DNA of 62,964 nt, filler included, from Octopus bimaculoides (Eukaryota): NCBI RefSeq assembly GCF_001194135.2. It is 5 parts of 4 records of this genome, joined end to end, with 100 filler letters (N's around TTAATTAATTAA, not from the genome) between each part and the next. Parts side by side here need not be neighbours in the genome. Positions count along the whole stretch, not along the records: positions 39,727 to 49,631 come from NC_069008.1; positions 49,732 to 61,365 come from NC_068985.1; 3 more parts are not named here. One strand, 5' to 3'. The translations under genes were made by a program, and so were the position numbers. Shown piece by piece: positions 40,580 through 51,421 of the stretch. How positions within the stretch are numbered: position 1 is the first letter of the stretch; the number at the start of each line of letters is the position of its first letter. A model generated the notes under the pieces. That model was not told the DNA's origin and did not search any database. It saw only the letters and a program-made list of their open reading frames with translations.

Positions 40580-41265
40580 CTGAAATAATGAAGAAACAGT
40601 ATTAGATATAGAAGAGAGATCAAAACGGTAATGTTACAACATATCTATATTAACAAAAGACGTCATATAACATTGGGTGAAATCTAAACATTTGTAAACT
40701 ACAACTACACCTTCACATTGTGTAACACACACACATATCTATATAAATCGCAGTGTCTTCAGAGTTCATCTGGCTCTGATTTCCAGTACTGTAATTAACA
40801 ACTAAAGTTGTCTTGAGTGTGTCATTCCATCTGTCCTTTGGTGAAACTTAGTCTACTTAGGAACATTCTGCTCAACATGGCTCACTGTAGCGTAGTGTTG
40901 TGTGCTCTGGAGTAAAGCAATCTGAATTAGATATGACCAGAGAAGCTAAAGAGAGGGGATGACAGCACGGAAGGCCACAGTCCCCCGGGACCCACGAAGG
41001 GTAAAGCTGAAAACCTGGTTATACTCAGAGACAGGAAGGGCGGAACCGAATACTCAATACACGGAATAAGTATTCCCGGATTTCTGGAAGCCAGATAAGA
41101 AATCCGGCACGTACGATGGATAGGTGTGTATATCTTACCTGTTATGCTATACAAATCGATATTTAGTGTGAAAATATATTTATTCACACCAAATCTCCGT
41201 GAAAACACACAAAATACGTTATAATCTTCCTACCGATTGAAACAGAATCTAGCGGAAATGAAAGT
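40580..41265 (-). other. ZNF A non-coding exon 1 (ends 41139) and intron (41138-40580)
   Basis: Minus-strand donor CAG|GTAAGA and acceptor TTTCTTCATTATTTCAG|, homologous to B. Confidence 0.7.
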
Positions 41266-42037
41266 ACACTGTGTCATGTGACTAAAGTAAATCAACCGCT
41301 CTCTAGTAAATAAAACCAAAAATGCTAACATAAAGGCAAAAACAGAAATATTTCGATGCAGATCACCATGGTTACTGTAGTTAATGTCTTGCTACGATAA
41401 ACAAATCTTCATTATTGTCAGGAGCGGCCTTGATGATTATCCAAAAGATATATTTATACTTAATTGTGGTTAACATTGCTTTTAGACGGCGAGGTGGCAG
41501 GATTGTTAGCGCGCTGGACGGAATGCTTCGTGGTATTTCGCCCGTTCTAAGTTCAAATTCCGTCGAGGTCGATTCCGCCTTTCATCCTTTTAGGGTCGAT
41601 GAAATAAGTACAAAATCTAACGATTTGATACCCTCAGGATTTTCACTGAGAAAAAAAAAAAAAAACTTTGATTTTTTGCGTGGAATGAATTAAATACCCT
41701 GATCTCATAATATGCCGCAAATCCCTTATTTTGGTTCGGGAAAAGGAGGGCCACCCCCACGGTCCTGGATTCATTGGAATTTTTTTTTTTNNNNNNNNNN
41801 NNNNNNNNNNNNNNNNNNNNNNNNNNNNNNNNNNNNNNNNNNNNNNNNNNNNNNNNNNNNNNNNNNNNNNNNNNNNNNNNNNNNNNNNNNNNNNNNNNNN
41901 NNNNNNNNNNNNNNNNNNNNNNNNNNNNNNNNNNNNNNNNNNNNNNNNNNNNNNNNNNNNNNNNNNNNNNNNNNNNNNNNNNNNNNNNTTCTCTATGGAA
42001 AAAAGAAAATTTCCAATGAATTCTAGACAGATTTCCT

Positions 42038-42107
42038 TAACTCTAACCCTAACCCTAAAACCCTAATACTAACCCGAACCCTAATACTAACCCTAAAACC
42101 TTAACCC
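42038..42107 (+). repeat. Degenerate (CCCTAA)n telomere-like array
   Basis: CTAACCCTAACCCTAAAACCCTAATACTAACCCGAACCCTAATACTAACCCTAAAACCTTAACCC. Confidence 0.75.
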
Positions 42108-42523
42108 GCGCGATTTTCACTCAAAGTACCAGTACACAGCATTTCATACGTGAAAATAATTTCCCATAGACTTTGATGTCTGAAGGGAGTCAACGAGGGA
42201 GTGCAAGCCTCTGTGTTTAAAATATATTACGGCGTGGGATTAACAGATTGGTGACAATGAATATAAGGTTAGTAATGTTCGTCATAATGGTTTGAAATCT
42301 TGCAACAGAGGCAGCGATTTGTGGGTATAGGACGAGTCGATTACAATCAAGTATAACATATGTTTTAGAACATCACCACCAAGGCCGCTTCTGACAATAA
42401 TTAAGATTAGCCAGGTATTAACCACAGTAACCATGGTGATTTGCATCAAAACATTATTATTTCCTTTCTTCTTTATCATAACATTTTTGGTTTTATTTAC
42501 TGGAGAGCAGTTGGTTTACTTTA

Positions 42524-42533
42524 GTCACATGAC
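42524..42533 (+). promoter_or_regulatory. GTCACATGAC E-box (CLEAR/M-box-like) upstream of ZNF exon 1; copies at 41273-41282 (-) and 48779-48788 (+)
   Basis: Identical 10-mer in all three paralogous upstream regions; matches GTCAYRTGAC bHLH-ZIP consensus. Confidence 0.45.
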
Positions 42534-42539
42534 ACACCG

Positions 42540-43467
42540 TACTTTGGTTGGCATTACAACTTGTTTGACGCGGGAGAATAATAATAACGTGTTTTTCTCT
42601 GTTTTACACAGAGATTTTGGTGTGAGTAAATATATTTTCCCACTAAATATTGATTTGTATAGCATAACAGGTAAGATATACACACCTATCCATCGATTGA
42701 TCGTACGTGCCGGATCTCTTATCTGGCTTGCAGAAATCCGGGAATAATGTAGCTTGTATTGAGTATTCGGTTCATCCTTTCCTTTACTGAAGATGATCGG
42801 GTTTCCAGCTTTACACTTTGTGGGTCCTGAGGGACTATGACCTTCCGTATCTCTTTAGCTTCTCTGGTCATATCTAATTCAGATTGCTTTACTCCAGAGC
42901 ACACAACACTACGCTTCAGTGAGCCATGTTGAGCAGAATGTTTCTAATTAGACTTAGGTTGGACAAAAGAACAGATGTAATGACACTCTAAAGACAAAAC
43001 AAGTAATTTCCTATTTTACGTCCGTAAAATCGATTCACAGTTGAAATTGCACCATTTAACACAAGTATTCTTGTTGCGGTGGACCTTGTGAGAAGTGTTT
43101 TTCATAGAGAGGTCGTTGGCCCAGCAATATGATAGAAGAAAATATTTTATATTTTCATTCCCTTTGAAATTGCTTTTATTCATAATTTGGGCTTTGACTG
43201 CCCTTTCTAGCATGTAAGGTGTCCTGTCAAAGGTCACGTCTTTCGTGTATAAATACTTAAACTGTTTATATGTATATATATATATATATATTGGCATACA
43301 CACACACATATATATACATACTTAATGTCTAGGTGTAATTGTGATTCACAAATTTTTAGATTTCACCCTATGTTATATGATGTCATTTATTAATCAATAT
43401 AGAAATGTTGGAACATTTCCGTTTTGATCTCTCCTCCATATCTAATACTGTTTCTTTATTATTTCAG
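42540..43467 (+). other. ZNF B non-coding exon 1 (ends 42670) and intron (42671-43467)
   Basis: Donor CAG|GTAAGA at 42670/42671 and acceptor TTTCTTTATTATTTCAG| at 43467, both conserved in paralog A; donor also conserved in C. TSS is approximate. Confidence 0.7.
42883..42918 (+). other. Candidate 36-nt (or 21-nt, from 42898) 5'-UTR micro-exon; equivalents at 49050-49085 (+) and 40886-40921 (-)
   Basis: CTAATTCAG| and TTTACTCCAG| acceptors plus CA|GTGAGC donor, inside a block nearly invariant in all three paralogs. Confidence 0.45.
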
Positions 43468-43832
43468 ATTAACAGATGACTTGGCATAAAACGACTTTTG
43501 TACATTGGATAATTGGAATTATTACCATGTGTTTTTGAAGACCAAAAGAAAATGTTGAATTACTGTGGAATATTTGCCGTGAGCTGAGATTTATTGCAAC
43601 ATTTCTCTTTCATTATCTGGTGCTTTTGCATTCTAATTCAACTTGAATATATTTGCAAAGCCATTTACACAAATTTAGATATGAATAACTTGATAGCAGC
43701 AGAAATATTTCTTAGGAATAAATTATAAAAAAAACAAGAAAAATAAAAGGTTGTTGAGAAAAGTTGGATAAGGGAAAAATTTAATACTGTGAGAAAGTTC
43801 AATGGTTGGATTTATTTGTATCCCTGAGAGAA

Positions 43833-44780
43833 ATGTCAAAAGCATTAGGGAAAGTAGGATATCGTTGTAAAATATGTGATAAATCATTCTCTACACATAG
43901 TAATTTGGTTAAACACATTCGTGTTCATACAGGTGAGAAGCCATTTTGCTGTGTTTCCTGTGGTAAATCATTCTGTCAAAATGGTAACTTAAGAATACAC
44001 ATGCGTATTCATACAGGAGAAGAACCATATCACTGTGATACCTGTGGTAAATCATTCTCTACTAAAGGTAACTTAATTAGGCACAAATTTATTCATACAG
44101 GTGAGAAGCCATTTCATTGTGATACCTGTGGTAAATCATTCCCTGAAAAGCATCACTTAACTAAACACATACGTACTCATACAGGAGAGAAGCCATATCA
44201 CTGTGTTATCTGTGGTAAATCAGTTTCTACAAAAGTTAATTCAACTAGACACATACGTATTCACACAGGAGAAAAACCATTTCACTGTGATGTCTGTGGT
44301 AAATCATTCTCTAGGAGTAGTGGCTTGATCACGCACAGGCGTACTCATACGGGAGAGAGACCATATAACTGTGATATCTGTGGTAAATCTTTCTTTAGAA
44401 TCTCTTACTTAATTCAACACAAACATACCCATACAGGAGAAAAACCATATAATTGTGATATCTGTGGAAAATCGTTCTCTACAACCTCTTATTTAATTCA
44501 ACACAAACATATTCATACTGGAGAAAAGCCATTTCAATGTCATGTCTGTGGTAAGTCATTCAGTGGGAGTAGTGACTTGACTAAACACAAACGTACTCAT
44601 ACTGGAGAAAAACCATATAATTGTGATATCTGTGATAAATCGTTCTCTCTGAGTAACAATTTAAATAGTCACAAACGTATTCATACAGGGGAGAGACCTT
44701 ATCACTGTGATGTCTGTAGTAAATCATTCTATCAGAGAAGTAACTTAACTAGACATAAATCTATCCATGTAAAAGTGTGA
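43833..44780 (+). CDS. C2H2 zinc-finger protein B: 315 aa, 11 tandem fingers, single coding exon, no recognisable KRAB/SCAN/BTB domain
   Basis: Intact [22 protein letters not shown]...SIHVKV*; 11 CxxC-x12-HxxxH repeats with TGE(K/R/E)P linkers; first in-frame ATG at 43833 (track start 43806 is TTG); finger 5 has lost its core F and L (V, S). Confidence 0.95.
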   Translation: MSKALGKVGYRCKICDKSFSTHSNLVKHIRVHTGEKPFCCVSCGKSFCQNGNLRIHMRIHTGEEPYHCDTCGKSFSTKGNLIRHKFIHTGEKPFHCDTCGKSFPEKHHLTKHIRTHTGEKPYHCVICGKSVSTKVNSTRHIRIHTGEKPFHCDVCGKSFSRSSGLITHRRTHTGERPYNCDICGKSFFRISYLIQHKHTHTGEKPYNCDICGKSFSTTSYLIQHKHIHTGEKPFQCHVCGKSFSGSSDLTKHKRTHTGEKPYNCDICDKSFSLSNNLNSHKRIHTGERPYHCDVCSKSFYQRSNLTRHKSIHVKV

Positions 44781-46984
44781 TTATATTATTGTCAAAATTT
44801 GTAGAACACCCAACGAGAACCAATATTTTAAAACCATTATCCCTTTTAAATCATAGCTTAACGTTTGTGCAATTAACAGTAATCATTGACCCCTTGGCAT
44901 TAAACATACCTGTTTCAAGTATAAAATTGCTCATGTATCTATTCCATATGGCATACCGCATGGATGTAGGAAAGATACTGTTGTTATATTTGATGTCGTT
45001 GGTAAATGATAAGACAGCAAACTGGCAGAATTGTTAGCATGTCTGGTAAAATGCTTGTCAGCATTTCATTTGTCTTTATTAAGTTATGGAAAGAAATGAA
45101 GGAAATGATCAAGTTGAAGATTGTATTTTGAAACCAAGAAGAAAGGAAAAACAGGGAAATGTTCCTTACACTCCCAAGAAGCATAAGGTTGTGGATAAAC
45201 CATTTCTCAAATTTGTGGAGAGTGAAGTGAAAAAAAATCAACCTAGGAGCCTTACCAAGGATGAGAAATGGGATATTCTCTCTGTATCAATCACATTTGT
45301 CATAAACATGTTGTGATGCACAGTAATAAGAAACATGTAAGCACACGTTTTTGTATCAAACTACATGCTTCCGCCACAAAAGGTGAACCCAGAATAAACA
45401 TTATATTTACACACAAAAATGTCTTGTGGTGTTTCATACTAACTGTTCTTCCATTCAATAACATGCATTTGACCAGCCATTATAAAATGGTATGTAATTA
45501 TGGTTCAGCTTTTTGTCTTAGATATCATAGATCTCTCTTCACATGTGTGGAACATTTGCTATGTGTAGGCTAATACATGTTCTACATATCATTAGAATAC
45601 TTTCTGGTGACTGGGTCTTCACTTGAATCCAATTAGTAGAAGCGTGCTACAGTATATGCAACAGTTGTGACGCAAATAATTTGTGCTATCAATTTACAGA
45701 TGAAAAAATTCCAAAAGGGAGAGGAAAGTGCATTGAGTTGTTAATTAAAAGCCATTTAACACAATTCTGTAAAATAGGGGACAACCAATTCGCGATGTAA
45801 TGCTATGATCAAATTTTTCATCACGAAAGTAATGGAACGCCGACCCTGAAATACATAGGTTATCCTGTCTTATTTACATACCTTTGCGTTCACCTTAACA
45901 CAAAATAGTTATTACATATAATTAAATTTAGTTTAACTAGACATTTGTTCACTTTTTGGTTGCTATCGCTATCGTGTATGTTACTTAAGAGAAAGTTGAC
46001 TTATTTATCTCCCCTTGACTTGTATTTTACTTTCAATCTCTACACACAAGATTACCAAACACCCAACGGGCGGTTTCGTCGATAATTTGTCCTTTGTTTG
46101 AACTGCATCGATGACATATATTAAAAGTCCTGAATATAATATTTGTTGTTGGCACTCCGTCGCTTACGACGTCGAGGGTTCCAATTGATCCAATCAACAG
46201 CTTGCTCGTGAAATTAACGTGCAAGTGGCTGAGCACTCCACAGACACGTGTACTCTTAACGTAGTTCTCGGGGATATTCAGCGTGACACAGTGTAACAAG
46301 GCTGACCCTTTGAATTACAGGCACAACAGAAACAGGAAGAAAGAGTGAGAGAAAGTTGTGGTGGAAGAGTACAGCAGGGTTCGCCACCATTCCCTGCCGG
46401 AGCCTCGTGGAGCTTTTAGGTGTTTTCGCTCAATANNNNNNNNNNNNNNNNNNNNNNNNNNNNNNNNNNNNNNNNNNNNNNNNNNNNNNNNNNNNNNNNN
46501 NNNNNNNNNNNNNNNNNNNNNNNNNNNNNNNNNNNNNNNNNNNNNNNNNNNNNNNNNNNNNNNNNNNNNNNNNNNNNNNNNNNNNNNNNNNNNNNNNNNN
46601 NNNNNNNNNNNNNNNNNNNNNNNNNNNNNNNNNNNNNNNNNNNNNNNNNNNNNNNNNNNNNNNNNNNNNNNNNNNNNNNNNNNNNNNNNNNNNNNNNNNN
46701 NNNNNNNNNNNNNNNNNNNNNNNNNNNNNNNNNNNNNNNNNNNNNNNNNNNNNNNNNNNNNNNNNNNNNNNNNNNNNNNNNNNNNNNNNNNNNNNNNNNN
46801 NNNNNNNNNNNNNNNNNNNNNNNNNNNNNNNNNNNNNNNNNNNNNNNNNNNNNNNNNNNNNNNNNNNNNNNNNNNNNNNNNNNNNNNNNNNNNNNNNNNN
46901 NNNNNNNNNNNNNNNNNNNNNNNNNNNNNNNNNNNNNNNNNNNNNNNNNNNNNNNNNNNNNNNNNNNNNNNNNNNNNNNNNNNN

Positions 46985-47259
46985 GGTTTTCAAACTTTTT
47001 GACTTGCGGACCCCTTTATATTTCAGGCTTTACCTTAGGGACCCCCTTATAAACGCTTATGAAATTTATACATAAATATTTGCTTAAAATAACATATATT
47101 TTTACATTTATTTATTTAACAGTATTTAACAAATAGGTTTATTGTCAATTAAAAGATTTCGATTAAAAACCATATATAAAATCAAATTGCCCATAAAAAG
47201 TATTTGCTGTCCACGGAACCCCTGTCTTGTCCTTGCGGACCACAGTTTGAAGACTCCTG
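46985..47259. mobile_element. hAT-like non-autonomous element (left end in gap)
   Basis: GGTTTTCAAACT...AGTTTGAAGACTCCTG termini typical of CAG-GG-TCAAAC hAT MITEs. Confidence 0.55.
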
Positions 47260-47841
47260 ATCTAATCGACTGGCCCCGTCCCCAAAAATCGAATCTTTTG
47301 TTCGTAGAGCAAAAAGGATTTTTAATATGAACTTTTTAATTATCGAATGGCTGTGGTTATCCATACGATTGAAACAAGAATCGAACGTAGTCTGTATGTA
47401 TTAAAAAGGGGGTGGGGTGAGAATCACTGAGATAAACAATAAATTCGTATGCAGAAGGGTGTCTCGACATGGTTACTGAAGCTGCTAAAATAGCAGCCAA
47501 ATATCCCTGCTGTCACGTAATATTGAAAGAAGGATTTCGATCTTAGGTTTGTTTATTGAACTGATAGATCCGATTAGTTTAGCTAATTAAAAACACCCAC
47601 AGTTGGCAGTGACGTTAATGATTTAATAATTTTTCCTTCGTTTTTGACATCAGTGACTTATACTAAAAGATCCTAACATCATTTAATAAATTCAGAAACA
47701 CCTTCCATTCGGCTAATTTTATTCAAGTTGTAGAAAGAGGAAGGGTGACCCACTTTTCGACACTTCTATCGACATATTTCTACATCGAGTTATCCCCACC
47801 AACATTCACTAAAAGTTTATTTTCCTGAACTTTGTGCCAGG

Positions 47842-49308
47842 ACACAGCATTTCATACGTGAAAATAATTTCCCATTGACTTTGATGTATAAAGGAAGACG
47901 ATGCGAGAGTGCAAGCTTATGTGGTTAAAATATATTACGGTGTGGGATTAACAGACGGTTGACAAAGAATATAAGGTTAGTAATATTAATCATAATGGTT
48001 TCAAATCTTGCAAGGACAGCGATTTGTGAGTATAGGACAAGTCGATTACATCGATGTCAGAGTTTCAATATTACTTTATTTCATCGACCCTGGGAGGTTA
48101 AAAGATAAAGTCAACTCCGGCGGAATTTGAAGTTAGGCTGTAGCGACGGGTGAAATTCCGCTAAACATTTCTTCAAGTGCGTTAACGGAAACTATTCAAT
48201 AGTCGTGGTCTCGGTGCCCACGCACGCGCATCCACGGTAACTAGTCGTGACTAATCGATCCTACAACGACTATCTAGCGCGGTCAGGTACAAAGACTAAT
48301 AACCTATTCTTATCCTCTCAACCCCATCCTCCGTTGTATTTGCACATCATAGATTCATCTATTTCTACGATCTGCCCAAGTCCACCAGTTTGGTAGGGGT
48401 TACGCAAAAGATAATTGTAATGTCCCTCATGTACTGATACCATTGAAAAACAGTAGATTTTGAAAGACCGACTTTTTAATGGACTCTTTACCAAAAACAG
48501 GCAGTGTATAATTTGTTTACTTTAGAAAAAACCCTCATACATGTTTTGCGCATGATGCGCACTTACGCTTGGTAGTCGTAGGATCGATTAGTCACGACTA
48601 GCTAGCGCGAGTGCGCGCACCGGCAGGACTCCTCTTGAAGAATACCTTTTAGAACTTCACAACCAAGGTCGCTGCTGGCAATAACGAAGATTCGTTCATC
48701 ATAGCCAGATATTAACTACACAAAGCATGATCATTTGCATCAAAATATTATTTACTAGAGAACGGTTGGATTACTTTCGTCACATGACATTCCATACTTC
48801 CGTTATAAACTGTTTCACAACAGGTAAGATATATGCACCTATTTATCGACAGATCGTACGTGCCGAACTGCTTATTTGGCTTATAGGAAATCCGGGAATA
48901 CTTATACCGTGTATTGAGTATGTGATTTCCCCCTTCCTGTCTCTGAAGATGTCCAGGTTTTCAGCTTTACACTTTGTGGGTCCTTAGGGACTGTGGCCTT
49001 CCGTGCTGTCACCCCCATCTGTTAGCTTCTCTGGTCATATCTAATTCAGATTGCTTTACTCCAGAGCACACAACACTACGCTACAGTGAGCCATGTTGAG
49101 CAGAATGTTCCTAAGTAGACTAAGTTTCACCAAAGGATAGATCTAATGACACACTCAGGACAACACGGGATAATTCCCTATTTTATGTCCGTAAAATCAA
49201 TTCAAAGTTTAAATTGCACCAATGAATTGCACAAGTATTCTTGATGCAGTGGACCTTATGAGAAATGTCTTTCAGAGAGAAGTCGTGGGCCCAGCAATAT
49301 GATAGAAG
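47842..49308 (+). other. Third ZNF unit C: upstream region, shortened exon 1 (donor 48823/48824) and intron; coding exon not present in this block
   Basis: Colinear similarity to 42134-43138 (B) and to the reverse complement of A; followed by a SINE fragment and the spacer at 49632. Confidence 0.8.
48214..48621. mobile_element. MITE-like insert in the upstream region of ZNF unit C
   Basis: Inverted repeats CTAGTCGTGACTAATCGATCCTAC(AAC)GACTA at 48241-48272 and 48573-48601; absent from the aligned regions of A and B. Confidence 0.55.
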
Positions 49309-49631
49309 GATGATAACTGTATGGTGCTTAAATATATCAGGGACACATCCACCAGAATATGAAAAAAGCATAGAAAATATGGCGGACATAAGAGGGAAGT
49401 GAACCGCATAAGATGGAATTTCTTTATTTTGACGGAATCTGTTCAGATTAAAAAAATTTTTTTTTAGATATATCAGTTCTTTAGTCTTGCGCTGACCAAA
49501 ACGTTGTGAGATGGAAACTGAAAGAAGCCCGTCGTATATATATTTATGTAGGTGTGTGTCTGGGTTTGGCCCCAAACATCCCTTGACAATTGATGCTGGT
49601 GAATTTATGCACCGTAACTTGGTGGTGGTGG

Positions 49632-49731
49632 NNNNNNNNNNNNNNNNNNNNNNNNNNNNNNNNNNNNNNNNNNNNTTAATTAATTAANNNNNNNNNNNNN
49701 NNNNNNNNNNNNNNNNNNNNNNNNNNNNNNN
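49632..49731. other. Synthetic scaffold-join spacer
   Basis: 44N-TTAATTAATTAA(49676-49687)-44N. Confidence 0.95.
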
Positions 49732-51421
49732 TAGCTGAGATACTCGGCGTGGCTCGGGATTAAAATGTCATAGTTTGTATATAATATATTATAGCTTTGT
49801 TGAAACAGGTGATATGGGAAAGTGCAGCATTGACAACAAAATATTTGTGGAGTAAATGATAAGCTAATTCGATTAAGCAACATGCTATGCGTTCGTTTGG
49901 AGTATTTCAGGCTCTAACCTGTCATGGAAAATTGGGGGTGGAGGTTATGTGATTTTTGAACACACCGAAAATCTGTCAGTGGATATACTCTCTTTTGCAG
50001 CAGTCTACGCTGTGTCTAACACTACCCATCGTCTGAAATTTTGACACCGCCTTCGGGTTTGATGTCCTACATCACTCATAAAGTAAATTTAGAGGAACTG
50101 TAGTTGTTCATTTGTGGGTAACAGGGAACCAATGAGGTGATTGACTTGTCCTTGAACTTTGACGTCAGTGTAAATTCATGTTTAAGTATCTTATTAGATG
50201 CAGTAAACGATGTCATTTGAAATGCAGAGTTGTATTATCTGATATTGTTAAGAAAATCCTTTGATTGGATGTAAGTGCCTTCTAAAAGATCCATAAGATA
50301 TTGAGAAAGAGCTGGTAGTGCTGGTAATCTTACCTGACCGCCTGAGCAGCACATGCCATTTGTTTCATTTGAAAATTTTAAAGCTCTACAGAAACGACAG
50401 TTTGTGTTTAGCATACCAATTTGGACAGGGTTATCATTTTAATAAGAATGGGATGAATATCCGAAAGCAGCTCCAGGAGTTGTGAAGAACGAATTGGTAC
50501 ATAGTCTGTTTCTGAGAGCTATTCTATTGGACCTCTGTCTAATCATTAAAACATTGATTTAATGATCCAGCATTAAGAGCAGCATGCATTTGTTGATTTT
50601 GGGAAAGTCTCATCTCCCTTCTCTCTTGAGAATCCGTCTGACGTGCTGCAGCATCCCTTTACTGATCTTGAGAAAATCTCATCTCGCTTCTCTCTTCAGA
50701 CACTCGCCTTCGGTTTTCTACAATCCTCCTTGCTTTATACTTGTTTCTGGACAAATTACTATTTTCTTTGGTGGCATATATTTTTCAATATTGTAAACAA
50801 AAAATTATGAACATAGAAAAAATTACACATTGATCCCTATTTCTGTAAGCAGTTGTATGTATATAGTATCTTCTTATTTTTGCATGCAGTATAAATTGAC
50901 CAAAGAGAAGCACATGTATGAACTGTTATTTTAACGGTAAACGCTACAATAATTATTACAGGTAAATTTCTTTATATATATATATATATATATTAAGCAC
51001 ATGTATTAAATATTAATTTAAGGGTAAATATGTAACTGTAAATACTTTGCAACCTTGCAACTGCTGCGATAATAATTAACTGGTAATTGAACGGTAAATG
51101 TGTATTTTTATATACCTTGGACCTGACACCTCATTTTTTTTTGTCAAGAGTTTGACTTCCAGCCGTTCGTTATGTCAGTCAACACATAGACTGACACACC
51201 ATTCTGCTGTGGTGGCCGTAAAGGCAGAAAGTTGCCGATGCGTAATGTAGTTCATTGGAATGCATAAGGAATATATATATATAGGACAGACTTCTTTCGA
51301 AGTTGAAAATTTTTTTGACTCATGACACTGCATGGACCTTAAGTAAGGCATGTGTAAAATATGAATGAAATCGGTTGTGTAGTTCTCGAGTTTTAGGGAT
51401 TCACACAGACAGACAGACACA
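49732..51421 (-). mobile_element. Internally deleted Helitron retaining a decayed RepHel N-terminus (about 50020-50777)
   Basis: MPPKK start; CRFCRALKFSNETNGMCCSGGQVRLP; FLNNIR*YNSAFQMTSF; KVQGQVNHLIGSLLP; QFL*IYF; 3' end hairpin (49743-49758) 8 nt from (C)TAG; 5' end in N gap. Confidence 0.85.

Noticed and set aside
42038-42107. True chromosome end
   Set aside because: Short, degenerate and internal, with ordinary sequence on both sides
44777-45573. Short ORFs downstream of ZNF B
   Set aside because: No motifs, overlap a SINE fragment; likely 3' UTR or intergenic
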